Shown here: positions 26,441 through 33,927 of the stretch, piece after piece
Numbering within the stretch: the first letter of the stretch is position 1
Layout of the letters: each line of letters starts with the position of its first letter
Source: an uncultured bacterium
GTDB taxonomy: Bacteria > Fidelibacterota > Marinisomatia > Marinisomatales > Marinisomataceae
Direction of reading: 5' to 3'
DNA: 33,927 nt
Assembly (NCBI GenBank): GCA_964482595.1
Contig: CAYZYM010000002.1
Span: 1-33,927, forward strand
Notes under the pieces: generated by a model
The model's database searches: none
What the model was told of the DNA's origin: nothing
The model's input: only the letters and a program-made list of their open reading frames with translations
Made by a program: the position numbers and the translations under genes

Positions 26441-27367
26441 CTATCGCAACGAATCAATATTTCTTTTTAAACCTTTATACTTAGTACGTTTTACAGCAGA
26501 GTTTTTAAAATTTGATTTAAAATTTTCTTCATTCAAATTTTCCCAATCTGATTTAAAAAAATTGATTAATGAATCTCTTGCTTCAAAATGTTTATCTTTT
26601 TTTATCTTTTCAAATTTGATATTCCACGGACAAACTTCTTGACATATGTCACACCCATAAATCCAATTATGTAAATCTTCATGTTCAAAATCTTCTCTAT
26701 ACTCAATAGTGAGATAAGAAATACATTTATTTGAATCAATTTTATATTCTGTTAATGCATTTGTTGGACAAGAATCAATGCAGGCTGTGCAGCTTCCACA
26801 CAAATCTTCTTCAAAAGGAGAATCATAATCTAATCTTTGATCAATTAATATCTCTGCCAAGAATACCCAACTTCCTAATTCTTTTGTAAGCAAATTAGTA
26901 TTTTTACCTTGCCAACCAATTCCTGCTTTTTGAGCCCATTGTTTTTCCATAATTGGTGCAGTATCAACACATAAAATTATTTTCATTGATGGATTATGCT
27001 TTAAAATTTCATTTTTTATATCATATAATTTCTTCTTAATAATTTTATGATAGTCGTCGCCCCAAGCATAATTGCTGAATTTCACTTCTGAGTTGTAATC
27101 TTTTGAAAATTCTGAGCTTCGTTTTGTAAAATAATTAAAAGCTAACGAAATGACTGTTTTGACTTCAGGAAAATAATTAAATATATCAGCGCGTTCTTCT
27201 TTTCTTGATTCTATCCATTGCATTGTTCCATGATGCTTTGATTCTATCCATTTATCAAAAAATTTATCAGGATCAATATTTTCCTTTGGATTTGCAAAAC
27301 CAATTTTTTCAAAACCTAATTCGATAGATTTTTTTGAAATAATATTTTTAAGATTTTTTTCTACCAT
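26441..27367 (-). CDS. queG: tRNA epoxyqueuosine(34) reductase
   Basis: Two 4Fe-4S motifs, CGSCTACIDSCP and CDICQEVCPWN. WGDDYH and GWQGKNTNL regions are typical of QueG. 308 aa. Confidence 0.9.
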   Translation of the reverse strand: MVEKNLKNIISKKSIELGFEKIGFANPKENIDPDKFFDKWIESKHHGTMQWIESRKEERADIFNYFPEVKTVISLAFNYFTKRSSEFSKDYNSEVKFSNYAWGDDYHKIIKKKLYDIKNEILKHNPSMKIILCVDTAPIMEKQWAQKAGIGWQGKNTNLLTKELGSWVFLAEILIDQRLDYDSPFEEDLCGSCTACIDSCPTNALTEYKIDSNKCISYLTIEYREDFEHEDLHNWIYGCDICQEVCPWNIKFEKIKKDKHFEARDSLINFFKSDWENLNEENFKSNFKNSAVKRTKYKGLKRNIDSLR

Positions 27368-28091
27368 TTTTCCTCAGAATTTTGATCATATCTTGATAAA
27401 AAGCTTCTTCTCTTTTATAAGGAGGAGATAATTGAATTCCTTTTTCAAATATTGCTAAGGTATCATCAAATCTTCCCAGTTTTTGATAAGTTTTGCCAAG
27501 CCAATAGTATGTACCTATATATTCAGGTTCTAAATTTATACTTTCTTCAAAATAACCAAGGGCAATTTCAAAAGAGCCTAATGGAGGTTCTTCAAAGATA
27601 ATTTTTGCTAAACCTCTAGATACTTTACCCAAATCTGCCAATCGATAATGCCATTGCCCCATTACATTATAGCAATATGGATCGGTAGGAAGTTTTTTAA
27701 TTGCCTCCATTGAATGAAATTCAATAATCTTAGCGCCTTCAATCTGAGATCTGACAGGAAGTTTTTCAAGTTTTTTCCCATATGCCAAGGCATACCACTT
27801 ATGCACTTGCCCATTAGTTGAATCAATTTTTATAGCTTCATTGATATAGTCCATTGCTTTATCTAAATGATACAAATCCATCTTTTTATCATATGTTTTT
27901 TCTGATAGCAAGTGATGTGCTGCAGAAAGTCTTATTATTACATCCAAATTTTGAGGATATTCAGTGTTAAGCTTATTTAAAGGAACAATAACTTCTTCAA
28001 AATTTCTGTTTTCTAGATCTGAATCAATTGTTTCAAAATCTTGGCTCAATACAAAGCTATTAAAAAGTATTAAGAGGGTAAGATATTTCAC
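27348..28091 (-). CDS. Secreted helical-repeat (TPR-like) protein resembling the eukaryotic RMDN/FAM82 (regulator of microtubule dynamics) core
   Basis: GTG start, signal peptide MKYLTLLILFNSFVLS/QD. The segment HKWYA ... IIEFH ... MGQWHY ... LAKIIFEEPPLGSFEIALGYF ... WLGKTYQKLG aligns without gaps to human RMDN1 as I recall it (HKWYA..IIKEH..MGIWCY..IAKMLFATPPSSTYEKALGYF..LGKTYLKL). Confidence 0.65.
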   Translation of the reverse strand: MKYLTLLILFNSFVLSQDFETIDSDLENRNFEEVIVPLNKLNTEYPQNLDVIIRLSAAHHLLSEKTYDKKMDLYHLDKAMDYINEAIKIDSTNGQVHKWYALAYGKKLEKLPVRSQIEGAKIIEFHSMEAIKKLPTDPYCYNVMGQWHYRLADLGKVSRGLAKIIFEEPPLGSFEIALGYFEESINLEPEYIGTYYWLGKTYQKLGRFDDTLAIFEKGIQLSPPYKREEAFYQDMIKILRKNGRKKS

Positions 28092-28094
28092 TTT

Positions 28095-29120
28095 TTATGG
28101 ATAAAATAATAAAAATACTGGCTGATGATCTGATATTCTACCATCAACAGTATTTGGGGTAGTATTAGTTTCTGTTGGAGTATCAATAACCCCCATTGTT
28201 GCTGTTTGCTCATACTGAAATAGAGGTTGATTAATTATTATATGATCAAAATGTGCTGGCGAATATGAACTTGTCCAACCTTGCCAGGAATATCCACTAC
28301 TTGGACCTGTCATGATATCTTGATCGACCATAGAGAAGCTTGTAGAAGAAGCAATGTTAGGATCAGTAAAAGGGCTAATTGTTGGATTAGTAACAGATTG
28401 ATCTCCGACATTATTAAAATCGCCTGCAATAATGACATTGTCAGTTGATCTATTATTGATAATATAATCAGTTAATAGTAAGCTAGCATGATGTCTTCTG
28501 GTGGTTTCATCTCCCGGATCACTGCTATCATATGTATCATCTCCACAGCATTTATAATGCACATCAATAACATATAGATCCATTGATTTTGTTCCGTCTG
28601 TCCATGTAATATAATTTTCCATTGGAGGACGACTAGCAAATTGATATTGTGCATTATTCTCATAATCTGAGTCACCATCATTGCTATTGGGTGTATCGGC
28701 CCATAGTTCATTCTTAGAATTGAAAGTAATAGTGCTATTTTTATATACTAAAGCAAATCCTAGATTGCCAGATTCGTCATCTACGACATAAGAATAATCA
28801 TTCATTGAATTAACCATATTAATTAATTCAGATTCACTTGAAATTTCCTGAAATAGATATATATCCGCATTCCACGCTTCTAGTAAATTTTTGACATAGC
28901 TTGTAGTCGTACTATGTTGTGGGAATTGTCTAATATTCCATGTAACAATTTCTATTTGATTGAGCTGGTCTAGATTAGTTGCATTGGGGAAATCATAAGG
29001 ATCATCTCCAGGTAGACCATTCCCATCTGGTTCGGTTTCGGTAGGGGAAGAACCTCCACCACCACAAGCAAAGATTGCTAATAATACAATAAGAAATAAT
29101 CTATTGATGATTTGATGCAT
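28095..29120 (-). CDS. Endonuclease/exonuclease/phosphatase (EEP) family lipoprotein
   Basis: Lipobox LAIFAC followed by a GGGGS linker. EEP motifs IVTWNIRQF, LFQEI, AGDFNN and SDHQPV. Confidence 0.85.
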   Translation of the reverse strand: MHQIINRLFLIVLLAIFACGGGGSSPTETEPDGNGLPGDDPYDFPNATNLDQLNQIEIVTWNIRQFPQHSTTTSYVKNLLEAWNADIYLFQEISSESELINMVNSMNDYSYVVDDESGNLGFALVYKNSTITFNSKNELWADTPNSNDGDSDYENNAQYQFASRPPMENYITWTDGTKSMDLYVIDVHYKCCGDDTYDSSDPGDETTRRHHASLLLTDYIINNRSTDNVIIAGDFNNVGDQSVTNPTISPFTDPNIASSTSFSMVDQDIMTGPSSGYSWQGWTSSYSPAHFDHIIINQPLFQYEQTATMGVIDTPTETNTTPNTVDGRISDHQPVFLLFYP

Positions 29121-30039
29121 AGATATAATTTACTAACAAAGTTCCTACCTGCTCTAAACTTTTTGGTGAACAATTTTCAGGGATATCTTGCTGGGTATGC
29201 CAATGATTATAAAATAAATTAGGATATTTAAAATCAATAATATCAATAGTAGGAATTTGAGCATGCTCCCATAATGGAACATGATCATCATAAATTTCTT
29301 CACCAACTTTTTTCTCAAACGCTTTAAGAGATAGCTTTTCTGCTAAATCCCAAATTTTTATTACTTCATCTGGAGCAATATTATAAGAATATCTTTCTAT
29401 TGGAATATTTAACTGTTTATCAGCAACCATATCAATGATAATTCCAAAATTTGGTTTTTTAATAGGTAGATTTTTAGCAAAAAATTCTGATCCTAATGCA
29501 TAAGTATTGGGATGATAAGAAATTCCTCCATCTTCTGCATCAAAGAATACCATATCAATGCCAATAGGTGGATTATTTGTAGAAAATATATCACACAAAG
29601 TCATTAATACTGCTGTTCCACTTCCACCATCATTGGCTCCCAATACTGGTAGGTTCCTATTTTGAAGATTTTTATCTTGATCTGATATGGAACGAGTATC
29701 CCAATGCGCTCCAAGCAATAATCTGTATTTCGCATCTTTATTAAATTGGACAACAAAATTCTTTCCTTGTCTTATTGTTTCAGTGACAGGTTCAGTATAT
29801 TCAAATTCTTGGATGATAACATTTTGATCATAATTTTTTAAAAAATTTTCTAAATATATTGAAAATTCTTCATGCCCAGAGGAACCAGGATTCCTTGGAC
29901 CAAATTCACATTGCTTTTCTATATACTGAAATGCTTTCACTCCATCAAAGCCAGGAACTGGAATTGGCTCTTCTTGGCTACACGCAAATAGTAAAAACAA
30001 TACTATTAAAAATTTAATTTTATCCCCTAATTGCAACAT
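29101..30039 (-). CDS. M28-family zinc enzyme lipoprotein, glutaminyl-peptide cyclotransferase (type II QC)-like
   Basis: Lipobox LLFAC/SQ. Motifs GAHWDTR, GANDGGSG, FFDAEDGG, DDHVPL and NHWHTQQD are collinear with human QC HYDSK, GATDS, FFDGEE, DDHIPF and WHTMDD. An aminopeptidase activity cannot be excluded by eye. Confidence 0.65.
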   Translation of the reverse strand: MLQLGDKIKFLIVLFLLFACSQEEPIPVPGFDGVKAFQYIEKQCEFGPRNPGSSGHEEFSIYLENFLKNYDQNVIIQEFEYTEPVTETIRQGKNFVVQFNKDAKYRLLLGAHWDTRSISDQDKNLQNRNLPVLGANDGGSGTAVLMTLCDIFSTNNPPIGIDMVFFDAEDGGISYHPNTYALGSEFFAKNLPIKKPNFGIIIDMVADKQLNIPIERYSYNIAPDEVIKIWDLAEKLSLKAFEKKVGEEIYDDHVPLWEHAQIPTIDIIDFKYPNLFYNHWHTQQDIPENCSPKSLEQVGTLLVNYIYASNHQ

Positions 30040-33000
30040 TAATATTTACTCCAAAATCTCTATCTATTCTTCTACCTGTAAGTCTTGTATCATTTTCTCT
30101 GTATTCATAAAAAAGGCTTCCAGATATATTATCAGTTAAAGCATAAGTTACTCTTAAAATTGTTTTCCATGAATTAACAAAGTTTTGTTCAGCAAAATTT
30201 ATTTTATCCTTTGATCCTTCTTCTTTTTTCTTACTCACATCAAAATTTAACGTAAGATTAATATTATTTTTTAAATCAACATTCCTTTCTGTAAATGGTA
30301 ATGGGATACGAATTCCTCTTGTAAAATTATATGTGATACTTGCAAGTATGCTATTTTCTGATATATAAGTCAATCCATTTGCAACCTCATCAAGCGTATG
30401 GGTTATATTGCTTCTAATATTTGTTGAAATTCCATTTTTAAAAGAAGTTGTGATGCCAAGCAAAGGAGAAAAGCTTCTTGTTATACGAGAAAACTGTATA
30501 TCATCATTGTTACTATCAATAAAAGAAGATATTTGAAATAAATTAATATCACTGGTTCCACTTTCATTAAATCTCCAAGAAACAGTTTGTTTGCCATTGA
30601 ATGCATGTTCCATTGAAAGAGATTTTACATAAGGACTAATAAATTTTATCTTTTCAAGTCCGCCAATACGAAATGACCAATTCGAAAATGGTAATCCGCT
30701 AGACAAGTGTTCACCATAAGAGAAATAGTCTCTGTTTACTGATCGAATATCAATACCATAACCATTTAAATTGGAAGAAACACTTTCAGAAAATGAAACG
30801 CTCATTGATGTAGTTGGATTGAATTTTATTCCACTTCTAATAGACAATGATTTTTTAATATCATCAACCCCAGTATTGAAACCAACTTCAGGAGCATATT
30901 CTAATCCGTGTGAATCGGAAAATCCAAGTCTATAGTTTAGCGGAATACTTCCCTGCACTCCATTTGAACTTAAATTGGTTGTATTATTTATAGTAAATGA
31001 TAATGGTTCAATCTTTTTTGACCAGCCATATATTTTTTCCATTCGAAGACTATCATTAATTTTTCTTTTGTTTTTTCTTTCTGAGCTTTTTTTATCAGAG
31101 TCATTAGATTTTTCTAAATCATCATCGCCCATATCAACAGAAACAGATCCAACGTCTTCTCTAGACCTTGTTCGTGTTTTAGAGCTAGCTGTATTTCTTT
31201 TGGAAGCTGGAGTATAAAATATTTCAATTACCTCAGTTGGAGAAAGACTAAAATTAAATCCACTATTTCTTACCGAAACAATATTTGCTCCATCAAAAAC
31301 ACTAGACTTAGGTTTGTTCCATGAATAATTAGCATTATATGTGAAATTTGGTGAAAACCAAGAAATCCATTTAGGTGAAAAATTAGAAGCAAACGATTCA
31401 GTATTGTTTGTTCTATCTCCAGTTTCAAAATCTGTTAATGCTTTCAAAACTTCATCTCGATATTCTGCCATATCACTTTGTATATTTTTAGTATAATTAA
31501 ATTGAAGATTATCAAAGACTTTATAAGAAACACTAAAATTTCTGGTTAACCCTAGATTAAAGTCATCAATAACATCTTCTACTGATCTAGACTGTTTCTC
31601 AACTAAGCTTTGATTTAACTTAATGCTACTATTAAATGAGCTAGGAGTATAAAAAAACTTTGTTTTGCTCATATTCTCACCCACAACAGGTATTTTTTCT
31701 AACCACTCAAAAGCTTCAATATAATTGTCACTTGGAAATCTAAGGTTGTAATCCAAGCTAGTAGTAAATCTATCGGTATCAACGCTTTTCATAATTTCAT
31801 CAGATCGATTCTGTGTAGATGCATTAAATGTTGTACTCAAATTATCAATAGTATATCTGATAAAAGGATTCTCTGACTTTATTTTTTTGGAAATTTTACC
31901 ATTCATACTGATAGTAGAAGATTGTGTAATAACTGAATCTGGTGCGCTCGCTCCAGTTCTAATATCAGTGCCAGGTAAAAATTTTGGAGTGTTATTTTGC
32001 ATATTGTATGTCACATTAACAGGGAATGCAATTCCTAAATTTTGTGGTAAAAATTTTCCTAATTCGATTTGATTAGTAAAGATAAATGTCTCAGTGCTTA
32101 CATTGCTTCCAAGGCGTTCTTGCAATACATGAAAGTCAGCATCTTTTCTGATATACGATATTGTACTCCGATTGAGATCAGATAAATTAAATTCTGATTT
32201 TAATCTTACAGCTGTACCTCTTTCTTTCTTAACTCCACTAAGTCGCAATTCATCAAGCCACAATTCTCCACTAATAGGATGTTCTGAACTATTTTCAACT
32301 CCAGCAATGAAATATTGCAATCTAGAGAGTGAAGGATTGCCTACAATCTCTATCGTCTTGTATTCATTGTTGTTTTCATCGATAAATGAATAACGCTTAT
32401 AATTTGTTGAATCAACAAAAGTATCATTGGGATTAATTTTTTCAAGAGAACTTTCATCAGTATTTTTGAGCGTGGTCAACCAATCTAAATTCAAATCAAT
32501 AGAATTGCGATTTTGGTCTTCATCCCATCCATCATAAATTGGCTGACTCAACCGATAATATTCTTCTCCATTGCCAAACTCAATAAATAATTGAACATCA
32601 GTTTGGTTTTCTTCTATATCTACACTATTCCCATGTACATACATTTTCATCTTATCATAGATTAAAAAACTTTGTGCTTTCTCACTATTTTCAAAAGAAA
32701 GTATTTTTTTTGCAGCGCCTTTAGTATCAGGATTAAGATTATCAAATTTTAAAACAAGCGATTGTTCTTTTGATCTAATTTGATTGATTTCATCATACTC
32801 CCCATATACTCCCTTCGGTGGTATATAATTAGGATTATCTTCATCATTAACAACTGTAACTAAAAAAGTACTATCTTGCACTGTATATTCATTGTCTGAT
32901 GCAAGTGATGTCCCCATTGATTCCCATGTATTACCTACTAACTCTATTCTTGCTATTTCTAAGGTAGAAGTTTGGTTAACACCAGATACGATTAATCTTA

Positions 33001-33927
33001 AATATCGTATCTCACTTAAAGTAATATCTTGTATCTGGGTAAAATGACTAATTGGAATTCTAACAAGTTTCCAACCTGTTTCAACCCCATTCACTTCTGT
33101 TGAACCTGCAATATATGTTGTATCGCTCAGAGAAATGGTTTTTGTAAAATAATCATTAGTTCTATCTAAAAATCCTGACTTATCTAAATCTTCAGAGTCA
33201 GGGTATTTTCCTCCTGGTTGAATACGATCACCAGTACCATTTCCTTCAGTGCCATTAACAAATTCATAATTTGAACTGCCTTCTAAATAATCCCAATTAT
33301 CACCATTTGGATCATTTGGATTAATATCAGATGATACATTGATAATTACTGATTCCCCAGATGATAAATAATCTTGATAATTTAAACCAGTGCTATCCAA
33401 ACAATTACCCCAACCATCTTCGAATGAGTCAAAACATCCATCTAGGCCAGTATCTTCATTGTCTTCTAAGAATCCATTCCCCAACGCTAAACCAGCATCA
33501 GGTATATCTTCGTTGTTAAGGATACCGTTCCCATCATAATCTTCACTAATCTTACCCAAATCAACTGTCAAATTTCCAGCGTCTCCACGTAACCAGATTT
33601 CAACAAATTTTGTCCTGGTTTGATCATAGTCTCCAACAAACATTGGTGCAGTAATTCCAGCCCATAATGAATCAGGATTAGATGTTTGTTGATGTTCATA
33701 TGGTTCAAGATTCATTACCAATATATCAGTTGTTAAATTCTGCGCTCTTTGAGATGTGGATACATTTGGCCAAATATTATTAGTCAATACTTGAGAGAAA
33801 GGATTATACCAATACATCTTTAATCTATTTCGCTGATTGAATTCTTGATTATTATTTTCAATATCTAAAGGTGCAGAAGATTTATGCCAAAATCTGCGCA
33901 AGATTGACGGATTTGTAATGCGTTTTG
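30020..33927 (-). CDS. sprA: T9SS outer-membrane translocon SprA/Sov, C-terminal ~1300 residues (5'-truncated by window edge)
   Basis: The frame stays open through the apparent TTG at 33901 to the window end (...KRITNPSILRRFWHK). The ORF is very large and beta-strand-rich. GELWLDELRLSG resembles the SprA W-x-NELRL motif. The N-terminal part has Asp-rich calcium-type repeats. Full SprA proteins are ~2400 aa. Confidence 0.75.
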   Translation of the reverse strand, partial: KRITNPSILRRFWHKSSAPLDIENNNQEFNQRNRLKMYWYNPFSQVLTNNIWPNVSTSQRAQNLTTDILVMNLEPYEHQQTSNPDSLWAGITAPMFVGDYDQTRTKFVEIWLRGDAGNLTVDLGKISEDYDGNGILNNEDIPDAGLALGNGFLEDNEDTGLDGCFDSFEDGWGNCLDSTGLNYQDYLSSGESVIINVSSDINPNDPNGDNWDYLEGSSNYEFVNGTEGNGTGDRIQPGGKYPDSEDLDKSGFLDRTNDYFTKTISLSDTTYIAGSTEVNGVETGWKLVRIPISHFTQIQDITLSEIRYLRLIVSGVNQTSTLEIARIELVGNTWESMGTSLASDNEYTVQDSTFLVTVVNDEDNPNYIPPKGVYGEYDEINQIRSKEQSLVLKFDNLNPDTKGAAKKILSFENSEKAQSFLIYDKMKMYVHGNSVDIEENQTDVQLFIEFGNGEEYYRLSQPIYDGWDEDQNRNSIDLNLDWLTTLKNTDESSLEKINPNDTFVDSTNYKRYSFIDENNNEYKTIEIVGNPSLSRLQYFIAGVENSSEHPISGELWLDELRLSGVKKERGTAVRLKSEFNLSDLNRSTISYIRKDADFHVLQERLGSNVSTETFIFTNQIELGKFLPQNLGIAFPVNVTYNMQNNTPKFLPGTDIRTGASAPDSVITQSSTISMNGKISKKIKSENPFIRYTIDNLSTTFNASTQNRSDEIMKSVDTDRFTTSLDYNLRFPSDNYIEAFEWLEKIPVVGENMSKTKFFYTPSSFNSSIKLNQSLVEKQSRSVEDVIDDFNLGLTRNFSVSYKVFDNLQFNYTKNIQSDMAEYRDEVLKALTDFETGDRTNNTESFASNFSPKWISWFSPNFTYNANYSWNKPKSSVFDGANIVSVRNSGFNFSLSPTEVIEIFYTPASKRNTASSKTRTRSREDVGSVSVDMGDDDLEKSNDSDKKSSERKNKRKINDSLRMEKIYGWSKKIEPLSFTINNTTNLSSNGVQGSIPLNYRLGFSDSHGLEYAPEVGFNTGVDDIKKSLSIRSGIKFNPTTSMSVSFSESVSSNLNGYGIDIRSVNRDYFSYGEHLSSGLPFSNWSFRIGGLEKIKFISPYVKSLSMEHAFNGKQTVSWRFNESGTSDINLFQISSFIDSNNDDIQFSRITRSFSPLLGITTSFKNGISTNIRSNITHTLDEVANGLTYISENSILASITYNFTRGIRIPLPFTERNVDLKNNINLTLNFDVSKKKEEGSKDKINFAEQNFVNSWKTILRVTYALTDNISGSLFYEYRENDTRLTGRRIDRDFGVNINVAIRG

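Noticed and set aside
28472-28711. 79-aa minus-strand ORF in another frame of the EEP gene
   Set aside because: It is a same-strand alternative frame inside a gene with clear EEP motifs. Its His/Met/Ile-rich translation has no support.
30975-32393. Plus-strand ORFs 30975-31217, 31887-32072 and 32172-32393 inside sprA
   Set aside because: Short and antisense to the giant sprA ORF, with no motifs.
1-33927. Search by eye for CRISPR arrays, tRNA/rRNA genes, IS elements, integrases, toxin-antitoxin pairs or known defence genes
   Set aside because: No spaced direct repeats, no cloverleaf-capable GC-rich segments in the three long spacers, and no ORF with transposase, integrase, nuclease-helicase or toxin-like signatures. 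The window looks like core metabolism and housekeeping rather than an accessory island. A proper scan (tRNAscan, Rfam, defence-system HMMs) would be needed for certainty.

Overview
The window is AT-rich (roughly 30% GC by eye) and very gene-dense. Summing the gaps between my calls gives about 0.9 kb non-coding out of 33.9 kb, or about 97% coding. It uses the standard genetic code.

It reads as chromosomal core DNA from a streamlined FCB-group (Bacteroidota-like, possibly Marinimicrobia-type) bacterium. Three things support that placement: a partial T9SS translocon gene (sprA), mostly Shine-Dalgarno-less starts, and Gln at +1 of the predicted signal-peptidase I sites.

Content on the minus strand:
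- korA-korB-fumC-PBP1A.
- etfB-etfA followed by a fused cytochrome-b/HdrD-like membrane Fe-S oxidoreductase.
- A three-gene block of unknown function.
- gcdH and cysQ.
- sprA, a glutaminyl-cyclase-like M28 lipoprotein, an EEP nuclease/phosphatase lipoprotein, an RMDN-like helical-repeat protein, and queG.

Content on the plus strand:
- sufB-C-D-E-T-S.
- A stand-alone methylmalonyl-CoA mutase catalytic subunit.
- A LysM lipoprotein and a minimal birA.
- rng-rplU-rpmA-mdh followed by a secreted acidic protein.

I saw no rRNA, tRNA, CRISPR array, transposase, integrase, prophage or recognisable defence genes. I do not see a clear-cut novel multi-gene system.

The best follow-up candidates are:
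1. The ETF plus membrane Fe-S oxidoreductase module and the mutually exclusive hairpins in its 224-nt leader.
2. The unknown block at 16008-17715 (two half-enzyme-like proteins plus an acidic zinc-ribbon protein).
3. The sprA-linked operon, with a QC-like lipoprotein, a bacterial RMDN/FAM82-like protein and three 20-nt gene overlaps.

All family assignments come from motif recognition by eye or memory and need profile searches.
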